Shown: one piece after another, positions 1-8,339 of the stretch
How positions within the stretch are numbered: position 1 is the first letter of the stretch
Layout of the letters: each line of letters opens with the position of its first letter
NCBI GenBank assembly: GCA_045532445.1
Contig: JAZSFW010000047.1
Coordinates: 1 to 47,251, forward strand
Reading direction: 5' to 3'
DNA from: Acetatifactor sp.
GTDB taxonomy: Bacteria; Bacillota; Clostridia; Lachnospirales; Lachnospiraceae
DNA: 47,251 nucleotides
Made by a program: the position numbers and the translations under genes
Notes under the pieces: generated by a model
What the model was told of the DNA's origin: nothing
The model's input: the letters and a program-made list of their open reading frames with translations, nothing else
The model's database searches: none

Positions 1-63
1 ATCCTTCTTGCAGGAATGGCCGCTGTATGTCTGTTCGGCAGCTACAAACTGCGCAGAAACTAA
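1..63 (+). CDS. 3' end of a gene truncated by the window edge; hydrophobic segment plus basic tail (possible membrane anchor or sortase signal tail)
   Basis: Frame 1 reads ILLAGMAAVCLFGSYKLRRN-stop; the upstream part is not visible. Confidence 0.5.
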   Translation: MLLAGMAAVCLFGSYKLRRN

Positions 64-71
64 AAAACCGG

Positions 72-393
72 AGAGACGGTCAGAAACGCCGCTGCCAGAA
101 AATCAGGATCAAGGCATTGACATATCGCACGGTTGTTTTGCAGTTGAACGGCTGTAAGACCTACTAAGAATTAGCAGTTGATAGAAATGGAAGTTAAGAG
201 CAAACCCCACAGCCACAAAACTCGTCGCGCTTTGCGCTCCTCAAACATGTTGTGGTTGTGGGGTTTAACACTCCCATTTCCGTCAACTGCCAATCCCAAG
301 TAGGTCTAACAGTCGTTCAGATGTCAAAATAACCGTGCGATATGTCAATGCCTTGATCCTGATTTTCTGGCAGCGGCGTTCCTGACCGTCTCT
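72..393. repeat. ~322-bp imperfect palindrome (long hairpin element, copy A)
   Basis: Arm starting agagacggtcagaaacgccgctgccagaaaatcaggatcaaggcattgacatatcgcacgg is the near-exact reverse complement of the arm ending at 393; central motif aaaactc-gtcgcgctttgcgctc-ctcaaaca; homologous to 39961-40265. Confidence 0.95.
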
Positions 394-529
394 TTCCTTG
401 TAAGCACAAAAAATTGGGATAATTTGAAAAAAGGTCTTTTTATTTTTTGTCGAATATGGTATGATTTGTCATAGTATAGAAGTTTATTATTTTAGCCACA
501 GTGTCTTGTGTGGCAGAATGGAGACGATC

Positions 530-829
530 ATGAGTAATGAATACAACGGAATGGCTATCGGCGTGTTTGAGCTGGACAGTGAATGTGCCTGTTTTGTAGC
601 TTTGGACGCTGCCGCAAAAGCCGCTTCAGTTAAAATACAGTCTGTTGAGAGGAATCGTTTAAAGTCCGGCGCCTGTGTGAAAATGCGGGGGACCATTTCG
701 GATGTAAAGGCTGCCATGGAGGCTGCATTGGAAACAGCCGCACCGATTTCCAAGATTTATTCTCACACTATCATTGCCGCGCCCACGGACGGAACCGAAG
801 TGGCTGCTGCCATGACGATCAACAAGTAA
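530..829 (+). CDS. BMC-domain (bacterial microcompartment hexamer-type) shell protein
   Basis: AIGVFEL..FVALDAAAKAASV..VKMRGTISDVKAAMEAA pattern; ATG at 530 after GGAG. Confidence 0.8.
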   Translation: MSNEYNGMAIGVFELDSECACFVALDAAAKAASVKIQSVERNRLKSGACVKMRGTISDVKAAMEAALETAAPISKIYSHTIIAAPTDGTEVAAAMTINK

Positions 830-847
830 GGTTCAGGAGGGATACAT

Positions 848-1138
848 ATGTCATATAGTGCATTCGGATTAGTGGAAGTCCTCGGCTCAGCCAATGCTGT
901 GATCGTGACAGACCAGATGCTTAAAATTGCGGAGGTTTCCTACGTGACACAGGATACCAAGTGTGGTGGTCATGTACTGGTATTTGTAACAGGAAGTGTT
1001 GCTGCCGTTTCAGCCGCCATAGAGCACGTGCGTGAAAATGCAGCCTGCGAGATTTTCGGTTCGGCAGTGATCTCCAATCCTTCACAGGAGATGATTGAAA
1101 TTGTAGAAGTGTTTAAAGCACGCAGAGCAAAAAAGTAG
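848..1138 (+). CDS. BMC-domain shell protein
   Basis: AFGLVEVLG..TDQMLKIAEV..GGHVLVFVTGSVAAVSAAIE..VISNP; strong RBS AGGAGG. Confidence 0.85.
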   Translation: MSYSAFGLVEVLGSANAVIVTDQMLKIAEVSYVTQDTKCGGHVLVFVTGSVAAVSAAIEHVRENAACEIFGSAVISNPSQEMIEIVEVFKARRAKK

Positions 1139-1160
1139 TAAGCCCCGGCAGGTAGCAATA

Positions 1161-1213
1161 TGCTCCCTTTCAGGTGACAAATAAACCAGTCACCCGGAAG
1201 GGAGCAATTTTTT
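1161..1213 (+). terminator. Rho-independent terminator between convergent genes
   Basis: tgctccctttcaggtgac-loop-gtcacccggaagggagca followed by a T tract. Confidence 0.75.
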
Positions 1214-1235
1214 GATTCTTTCTATTTTGCGCAGA

Positions 1236-2039
1236 TTATGGTCTCAGACCCATACCGCCTTCCAATGTGAGGGTCTCACCGGACATATATTTGAAATCAG
1301 GAGATGCCAGCTGTACGCACACACGGCCGATTTCCAGCTCAGTATTGCCATAGTGGCCCATAGGAGGCATATGAACATTCGCCTTGAAAGCTTCCGGATA
1401 TGCCTTTTCAAACTGCTCCAGCTGAGCGGTCCATGCAAGAGGACAGATCACATTGACATTGATTCCGTCCGGTCCCCACTCAGTAGCTGCCACACGGCTA
1501 AGACCTCTGATCCCTTCCTTGGCTGCCGCATAAGAACACTGCCCCTTGTTACCGAACAGACCAGCGCCTGACGCAAAGTTGATAACAGAACCCTTGGTCT
1601 CTTTCAGATAAGGGTAGCAGGCCTTCATATAATAAAACGCGGAATACAGACCGGAATACATAGCTAGATTGAACTGATCAGTGGTATGACTTGCAAGAGG
1701 CACGCCGGAAGCAGATGCCTGCGCATTATTAATCAACACATCAATTCTTCCAAATGCAGCAATGGTCTGATCCACTACATTCTGAACAGTCGCTTCGTTA
1801 TCAGCACCGGCATTTACATCAGCCTGCACCGCCAAAACCTTGATTCCATACAGACGCTCCAATTCTTCCTTAGCATCCTCAAGTTTCTGTACATTACGAC
1901 CAGTGATCACCAGATTTGCTCCTTCTTTTGCATAAGCAGTTGCAATACCGTATCCAATAGATCCGGGGGTTCCGTCTGCAAGAGGTGTCGGTCTGCCTGC
2001 ACCGGTTATGATCGCAGTTTTTCCTGTCAAAAATCCCAT
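1236..2039 (-). CDS. SDR oxidoreductase, probable bile-acid 12alpha-hydroxysteroid dehydrogenase
   Basis: TGAG..GSIGYG nucleotide-binding motif split by an insertion, INNAQAS, YAAAK catalytic motif, C-terminal EGGMGLRP; closely resembles clostridial 12alpha-HSDH sequences as recalled. Confidence 0.8.
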   Translation of the reverse strand: MGFLTGKTAIITGAGRPTPLADGTPGSIGYGIATAYAKEGANLVITGRNVQKLEDAKEELERLYGIKVLAVQADVNAGADNEATVQNVVDQTIAAFGRIDVLINNAQASASGVPLASHTTDQFNLAMYSGLYSAFYYMKACYPYLKETKGSVINFASGAGLFGNKGQCSYAAAKEGIRGLSRVAATEWGPDGINVNVICPLAWTAQLEQFEKAYPEAFKANVHMPPMGHYGNTELEIGRVCVQLASPDFKYMSGETLTLEGGMGLRP

Positions 2040-2092
2040 AGTTAGTCTCCTTTTTTATATTAATGATAAAAATATTATAATATTTTTCAAGT

Positions 2093-3203
2093 TTAAAAGC
2101 AAGCAATTTCAGCCGCCTGCCGGATTTTCTTCTTCATCCCCTTTAGAATAGGGATAGCAAGGGCCAGCGTGAGCACATCCGCCACTGCCTGAACCGTAGC
2201 AATACCGTAGGCACCCAAAAGCCAGGTCATCAGAAACAGAATGGGTATAAAGCAGCTTCCCTGACGGGAGGTGGAAAGCACAAGCGCACCTTTGGCATTA
2301 CCAAGACCTGCGCTCCGATAAACGCCATCTTTGCACTGAACCGATAACTTTCATTCACACGGTCATAGCGCTTGGCTCCCCAGTTGTAACCTGCCACAGG
2401 CTGAAAACCAGTGCCGAAGCCCAAAATAATACTGAATGGGAACATCATAATTTTGGTACATACGCCGATACCAGCCAACACCGAATCCGAAATATTCCCC
2501 GCCAAATCATTCAACATCACAGCTGACACCACTGCCAGCCCTGATCGGAACATGGATGAAGAACCAACACTTACAATGTTGGAGATAATATCTTTGCAGA
2601 AATGAAAGTGCCGTATGGAAAGATGCAGCACGCTTCTCCTGGTTAGATAGGGGAATATTAAGATCGAAAAACTTACAACCTTGGAGATTGCCGTAGCCAG
2701 CGAGGCTCCTGCCACTCCCATATCAAGCCCAAAGATAAAGATAGGATCCAGCACACAGTTTAAGATGCCGCCAAAGCCCATGCCCACCATGGAAAATACT
2801 GCACTGCCTTCGCTTCGAAGACACTGATTCATCACAAAGCTGGAAGCCATAAAAGGAGCTGCCAAAAGCACATAGGTCGCATAATCGATGGAATACTGCT
2901 CACAAGTAGGTGTCGCCCCAAGAACTCTGACCATTGGCGTCATAAAAATACACCCAAAAACAGTTAACAGCAAACCCAATCCCATAGCCAAAAAGAACGC
3001 AGTGGAAAGCACTTTGTTTGCTTTTTGATTATCACCTTTTCCCAAAAGTCTGGCAATATAGCTGTTGGCTCCCACTGCCAAAAGGGAACCTGCCATCATG
3101 ATCACACAATGGTGGGAATCGCCATCTTCGGAATCACCTTTGAAATAGGTTCATTCAGCATCATGTCCGCGCGCTTTGTCTTTTGTGTTTCATTTTGTTT
3201 CAT
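2093..3203 (-). pseudogene. MATE family efflux transporter, disrupted by two frameshifting internal deletions
   Basis: Three frames: MKQNETQKTKRADMMLNEPISKVIPKMAIPTIV-stop (3203-3102); IMMAGSLLAVG..LNCVLDPIFIFGLDMGVAGASLATAISK..FIGA; AGLGNAKGALVLSTSRQG..ACF-stop. The 1111-bp total is short for a MATE. Confidence 0.8.
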
Positions 3204-3232
3204 ATTAAAAATCCTTTCCGTTTTCCTGCTGA

Positions 3233-4501
3233 TCACTTCCAGATATCGCCCCAAACCTCATCACACAGTTCCTCACAATATGCCTTTGAAAAAGCAGGGT
3301 CCTGTAAAATAATTTCATTTTTCAGCGACTGCTCCTGGGAATACCCAGAAAGCTTTGTGGTATAAACGCCATTTATCCGACTTTCCAGATGGGTAACTAC
3401 CGCGGTAACCGAATAGTCTTTCACAACCACCTTGCCACTCTCATCAGGACCAATGATCACATCAGCCATTCCCCCCACCATTCTATTGGCAATACCTTGC
3501 CCGCTCGAGCTCGTCCAGTTTACATAATTCCCCAGAGAATAATATACCAACATCTCCTGTCCGGTTGTCTCATCTCTCATCCACTCAATAGGCTCTATCA
3601 CATGGGGATGGGTACCTAGTACCAGATCCACACCATGTTCCAGAAACAGTTGAGCCCACTGCCTTTGCTCTGCCGTTTCCTCCAGCACATACTCTGTGCC
3701 CCAGTGAGGACAAACGATGGTAAAATCAGCAAGCATTTCCGCCTTTTCAATATCAGCAACAACCTTCTCCTTCTCCAGCAGATTCACTGCATAAGGCATG
3801 TCTGCCGGGAGCGGGATCCCATTGGTTCCGTAGGTGTAGTTCAAAACTGCCACTGTGACCCCATCCTGTTCAAACAGATAGATTTCTCCCTGTTCTTCCT
3901 CTGTTTCATTAATACCCAACACAGCAATCTGTGGATACTCTGTCTTCCAGAAATTGATACAGGAAAGCAATCCCTTCTTCCCTTTGTCAAGCGCATGATT
4001 GGTTCCGTGGCAAACCACATCGAACCCGGCATCCGCCAATGCGTGCCCCATCTCAAAGGGTGCATTAAAATTAGGATAACCGGAAATACCGAATTCTTTT
4101 CCGGCAATGAGGACCTCCTGGTTGACAATGGCAAGGTCTGCCTGCTGTAAATCCTCCTTCAAATCCTCAAAGATCCTGTCATATTGATAAGTACCATCTT
4201 CCTGCAAAGCATACTTTTCCACCCTGTCATGGAGCAGGATATCACCCACCATGCGGATGGTTATTTCCGCAGGATCTGCTTCTACCATTTCTTCCTCTGA
4301 TACACTTGCCTCAGAAAAACTTTCCTCAGAAGCATATTCTTCTGAACTATCTTTCTCTGCCTTGTCTTTCGGCAAACTGTCTGACGTCTCCGTTTCTATA
4401 ATAACGGATGCTGTTAGCGTTTCCACTTCTACTTCATGAACTTTGCAGGATGTCAACACCCATATACACAAAAATACCATGCACAGTATTCTTTTCTTCA
4501 T
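3233..4501 (-). CDS. CapA family (PGA_cap metallophosphatase-like) lipoprotein
   Basis: Lipobox LTSC; VGDILLH, VNQE, TNHALD, PHWGTEY, GTHPHV, YSLGN motifs. Confidence 0.88.
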   Translation of the reverse strand: MKKRILCMVFLCIWVLTSCKVHEVEVETLTASVIIETETSDSLPKDKAEKDSSEEYASEESFSEASVSEEEMVEADPAEITIRMVGDILLHDRVEKYALQEDGTYQYDRIFEDLKEDLQQADLAIVNQEVLIAGKEFGISGYPNFNAPFEMGHALADAGFDVVCHGTNHALDKGKKGLLSCINFWKTEYPQIAVLGINETEEEQGEIYLFEQDGVTVAVLNYTYGTNGIPLPADMPYAVNLLEKEKVVADIEKAEMLADFTIVCPHWGTEYVLEETAEQRQWAQLFLEHGVDLVLGTHPHVIEPIEWMRDETTGQEMLVYYSLGNYVNWTSSSGQGIANRMVGGMADVIIGPDESGKVVVKDYSVTAVVTHLESRINGVYTTKLSGYSQEQSLKNEIILQDPAFSKAYCEELCDEVWGDIWK

Positions 4502-4548
4502 TTTTTCCCATTCTCCTACCGTATAACATTCTTCCATTACCTGCAATT

Positions 4549-6894
4549 TCAGATCATACCAATGAACCTGCCAATTATCTGTACACATAATGCAGCAACC
4601 CAGGCGATGGCACACTGCCAGATCACCACTCCGACAGCCCACTTGTTTCCCAGCTCCCGCCTGATCGAAGCGATAGCCGCCACACAAGGCGTATACAAAA
4701 GGCTGAATACCAACAAAGCTGCTGCTCCGAGAGAGGTCATGGACGCAGCTACATTCCCTTCAAACAGAACCTCCAATGTGGAAACCACACTTTCTTTGGC
4801 CATAAAGCCGCTGATCAGTGCAGTACAGATCCTCCAGTCACCAAGCCCCAGCGGCTGCAGAAGCGGCGCCAGCAGACCGGAAACAGCTGCCAAAATACTG
4901 TCCTCAGAGCTTGCCACCATATTCATCCGAAAATCAAAACTCTGCAAAAACCAGATCACGATGGTCGCAAGCAAGATCACAGAGAATGCTCGCTGCAAGA
5001 AATCCTTTGCCTTTTCCCAGAGAAGCTGGGTAACATTCTTCACGCTGGGCAAGCGATAATTGGGAAGTTCCATGACAAAGGGCACCGCCTCACCGCGGAA
5101 TAACACGCCCTTATACAGAAATGCCACCAAAACACCCATTGCAATCCCAAGCACATAGAGACCAGACATGATCAATCCCTCGTTTTCCGGGAAAAATGCA
5201 TCCACAAAGAATGCATAGATTGGCAGCTTGGCTGTGCAGCTCATAAACGGTGTCAAAAGAATGGTCATCTTTCGGTCGCGCTCACTGGGCAGGGTCCTGG
5301 TGGACATAACTGCCGGTACGGTACATCCAAACCCGATGAGCATGGGCACAATACTTCTTCCTGACAGACCGATCTTTCGCAAAAGCTTATCCATAACAAA
5401 AGCCACCCTGGCAATATATCCGCTGTCCTCCAGCAAGGACAGAAAGAAAAACAGCGTCACAATAATGGGAAGAAAACTGATTACGCTTCCCACTCCGGCA
5501 AAAATCCCGTCTGCAAAAAGGCTTTGCAGTGCTGCGTTTACATTGGCTGTCTCCATAGCTTTCAGCATCAGTGCAGTCAGCCAGTCTACAAATATTTCCA
5601 TCAACCCTTGCAGCCATGCGCCTATAACGTTGAAAGTCAGGAAAAAGACTGCCACCATAATCAAGATAAATGCCGGTATCGCCGTATATTTTCCGGTTAG
5701 GATCTGATCGATCTTACGGCTGCGGGCATGCTCCTTACTTTCTCTGGGCTTGATAACCGTCTGGCTGCATACTTTTTCTATAAAGTCAAAACGCATGTCT
5801 GCAATGGACGCACTGCGGTCCAGTCCCCGCTCTGCCTCCATTTGCGCAACAATGTGCTCCACCATCTCTTTTTCATTTTGATCCAGCTTAAGCGCCTTAA
5901 GGATCAGCTCGTCTCCCTCTACCAGCTTACTTGCTGCAAAGCGAACCGGTATCCCTGCCTCTCTGGCATGGTCTTCGATCAAATGGATTAAGGCGTGCAG
6001 GCATCTGTGCACGGCACCCCTGTGATCACTCTCATCGCAAAAATCCTGTCTTAACGGTCTCTCCTGATAATATGCCACATGCACCGCATGCTTGATCAGC
6101 TCATCAATCCCCTGGTTTTTTGCGGCAGAAATGGGAATCACGGGCACCCCCAACAAATGCTCCATGGCATTAACATCAATATAGCCGCCATTCCCCCTGA
6201 CCTCGTCCATCATATTCAGGGCTACTACCATGGGAATGTTCATCTCCAGAAGCTGCATGGTCAGATAGAGATTTCTCTCAATATTGGTGGCGTCCACAAT
6301 GTTGATCATGGCTGTAGGTTTTTCCTCCAGCACAAAATTTCGGGAAACAATCTCTTCGCTGCTGTAAGGCGACATGGAATAAATACCGGGCAAATCTGTG
6401 ACAATCGTATTGGGATAACCCTTAATGACCCCGTCTTTACGATCTACCGTAACCCCCGGAAAGTTGCCTACATGCTGATTGGATCCTGTCAACTGATTAA
6501 ACAGTGTGGTCTTACCACAGTTCTGGTTTCCTACCAGGGCAAAGGTCAGAGCCGTCCCTTGCGGCAGTGGTTTCTCCTCCTGGGGTCGGTGATATTTTCC
6601 TTCCTCTCCCAGACCGGGATGTTCCATATTTTTATGTAAATGTTTGCTGAAAAGCACTTTCTCCTCTTTTACAAGCGGTGCGATCTCAATATTCTCTGCA
6701 TCTGCCAGACGTATGGTCAACTCATAGCCATGAATCTGCAGTTCCATCGGATCTCCCATAGGTGCCAGCTTTACGACCTTCACCTCTGCTCCGGGGATCA
6801 TACCCATATCCAGAAAATGCTGGCGCAAGGCTCCTTCTCCGCCCACTGTGCTGATCACTGCGCTCTTTCCGATTTCCAACTCTTTTAAGGTCAT
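4549..6894 (-). CDS. feoB: Ferrous iron transporter B with fused N-terminal FeoA domain
   Basis: N-terminal FeoA (DMGMIPG..APMGDP); GNQNCGKTT, VGNFPGVTV, DLPG, LNMMDE G-motifs; GFGCTVPA gate. Confidence 0.95.
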   Translation of the reverse strand: MTLKELEIGKSAVISTVGGEGALRQHFLDMGMIPGAEVKVVKLAPMGDPMELQIHGYELTIRLADAENIEIAPLVKEEKVLFSKHLHKNMEHPGLGEEGKYHRPQEEKPLPQGTALTFALVGNQNCGKTTLFNQLTGSNQHVGNFPGVTVDRKDGVIKGYPNTIVTDLPGIYSMSPYSSEEIVSRNFVLEEKPTAMINIVDATNIERNLYLTMQLLEMNIPMVVALNMMDEVRGNGGYIDVNAMEHLLGVPVIPISAAKNQGIDELIKHAVHVAYYQERPLRQDFCDESDHRGAVHRCLHALIHLIEDHAREAGIPVRFAASKLVEGDELILKALKLDQNEKEMVEHIVAQMEAERGLDRSASIADMRFDFIEKVCSQTVIKPRESKEHARSRKIDQILTGKYTAIPAFILIMVAVFFLTFNVIGAWLQGLMEIFVDWLTALMLKAMETANVNAALQSLFADGIFAGVGSVISFLPIIVTLFFFLSLLEDSGYIARVAFVMDKLLRKIGLSGRSIVPMLIGFGCTVPAVMSTRTLPSERDRKMTILLTPFMSCTAKLPIYAFFVDAFFPENEGLIMSGLYVLGIAMGVLVAFLYKGVLFRGEAVPFVMELPNYRLPSVKNVTQLLWEKAKDFLQRAFSVILLATIVIWFLQSFDFRMNMVASSEDSILAAVSGLLAPLLQPLGLGDWRICTALISGFMAKESVVSTLEVLFEGNVAASMTSLGAAALLVFSLLYTPCVAAIASIRRELGNKWAVGVVIWQCAIAWVAALCVQIIGRFIGMI

Positions 6895-7085
6895 GACATC
6901 TCTGCCTCCTGACGTAAGATTACAGAAAAATTTTACTTCGTTACAAAGGGGATGTCAATACCGATATTTCCGTCAAAACAAAATAGCACTTCATTTTTCA
7001 TTATTTTAGGAGTATAATCATAGATAAAAGAACGAAAAAACGGGTAATACTAAAGCCTGATCAATCATATATAGGAGTGTTTTAC

Positions 7086-8099
7086 ATGCAAACAATCGTT
7101 ATTATTTTCAGTGTATTTTTATTACTGGCAGTCTTCACTGTTCTGGCTTCAGCAGCCTTTTTTCTGATGGCCTTCTATGTCCCCAGGCGCAAACCGATCG
7201 ACCCGGAAGCATACAACATCCCCAAAGGGGAAATTTATGAACCTTACCGCGATCAAATGATCGCCTGGATGAAGGAAACCAGAGCTCTCCCCCACGAAGA
7301 CGTCAGCATTGTATCCTTTGATGGTCTGAAGTTATGTGGTAAATATTACGAATTTGAACCGGGAGCACCCATTGAATTAATGTTTCACGGTTATCGGGGC
7401 AGTGCGGAACGAGACTTAAGCGGAGGGGTACAGCGTTGCTTTTATCTGGGACGGAATGTACTTCTGGTAGACCAGCGTACCAGCGGAAAGAGCGAGGGCA
7501 ATGTGATCTCTTTCGGTATCAACGAAAGCCGGGACTGTCTCTCCTGGATTGATTTTATGATCCAGCACTTCGGCAAGGATGTCAAGATCATCCTGACCGG
7601 CATCTCCATGGGTGCTGCTACAGTTATGACAGCTGCCGGAAAACCGCTTCCGGACAATGTCATTGGCATCCTGGCAGACTGTGGATATACTTCTGCCAAA
7701 GACATCATCAAAAAGGTGATCCGCCAAATGCACCTTCCGGCAGAGCTGATCTATCCTTTTGTCAAACTGGGGGCAAAGCTCTTTGGACATTTTGATCTGG
7801 AAGAAACTTCTCCGATGGAAGCCATGAAAAAATGCACAAAGCCGATTATCTTTGTGCACGGTGAAGCGGATGATTTTGTTCCCTGCGAAATGAGCAGGCT
7901 TTGCTATGAGACATGTACTTCTCCAAAATTATTGTTTACGGTACCGGGAGCCGGTCATGGGCTGGGGTACCTGGCAGACCAGGAGGGTTATTTTAAGAAT
8001 CTGATTGATTTTTCCAACACCCACGGATTCCCATCCAGCAGGCAAAATCCTGAAAATCCTTTTCCTAGTATAGAAAAACCTCAGCAATCATCTTGCTGA
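7086..8099 (+). CDS. Alpha/beta hydrolase with N-terminal membrane anchor
   Basis: FHGY, GISMG nucleophile, HGEADDFVP, GAGHG. Confidence 0.88.
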   Translation: MQTIVIIFSVFLLLAVFTVLASAAFFLMAFYVPRRKPIDPEAYNIPKGEIYEPYRDQMIAWMKETRALPHEDVSIVSFDGLKLCGKYYEFEPGAPIELMFHGYRGSAERDLSGGVQRCFYLGRNVLLVDQRTSGKSEGNVISFGINESRDCLSWIDFMIQHFGKDVKIILTGISMGAATVMTAAGKPLPDNVIGILADCGYTSAKDIIKKVIRQMHLPAELIYPFVKLGAKLFGHFDLEETSPMEAMKKCTKPIIFVHGEADDFVPCEMSRLCYETCTSPKLLFTVPGAGHGLGYLADQEGYFKNLIDFSNTHGFPSSRQNPENPFPSIEKPQQSSC

Positions 8100-8103
8100 G
8101 GTC
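8074..8103 (-). terminator. Terminator of tRNA-Gln
   Basis: On the - strand acctcagcaa-gatga-ttgctgaggt followed by TTTT. Confidence 0.75.
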
Positions 8104-8110
8104 TCATTAG

Positions 8111-8182
8111 CAGGGATACAAGGATTCGAACCTTGAAATGACGGAGTCAGAGTCCGTTGCCTTACCGTTTGGCGATATCCCT
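8111..8182 (-). tRNA. tRNA-Gln (CTG)
   Basis: Cloverleaf AGGGATA/TATCCCT acceptor stem, anticodon arm ACGGA-CTCTGAC-TCCGT, T arm CAAGG-TTCGAAT-CCTTG; CCA not encoded. Confidence 0.97.
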
Positions 8183-8200
8183 ATGTTCGTTACTTGAAAG

Positions 8201-8229
8201 ATTATACACTAAGTTTACCCAAAATGCAA
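8201..8229 (-). promoter_or_regulatory. SigA promoter of tRNA-Gln
   Basis: TTGCAT-17bp-TATAAT on the - strand. Confidence 0.75.
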
Positions 8230-8298
8230 GCATTAAATTCATACAAATTAGAAGTCTTTTTGCGCATTCTTTTTGTACAATACATACAATTTATTGAT

Positions 8299-8332
8299 AA
8301 AACAGGCACTGCATACAAATGTCAGTGCCTGT
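8299..8332 (-). terminator. Terminator after glutamine synthetase
   Basis: acaggcactg-loop-cagtgcctgt then TTT on the - strand. Confidence 0.65.
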
Positions 8333-8339
8333 CTGTCCA

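Noticed and set aside
72-393. Palindromes as assembly or amplification fold-back artefacts
   Set aside because: Arms are imperfect, and the same mismatches recur in an independent diverged copy 40 kb away
72-393. CRISPR array or ordinary terminator
   Set aside because: No repeat-spacer periodicity and no cas genes; far too long for a terminator
4502-4687. Extended N-terminus of the CapA ORF overlapping feoB
   Set aside because: The lipoprotein signal begins at 4501, so the extension is an ORF-calling artefact
8111-8182. tRNA-Gln as an island integration site
   Set aside because: No integrase, and no duplicated tRNA 3' end noticed in the window
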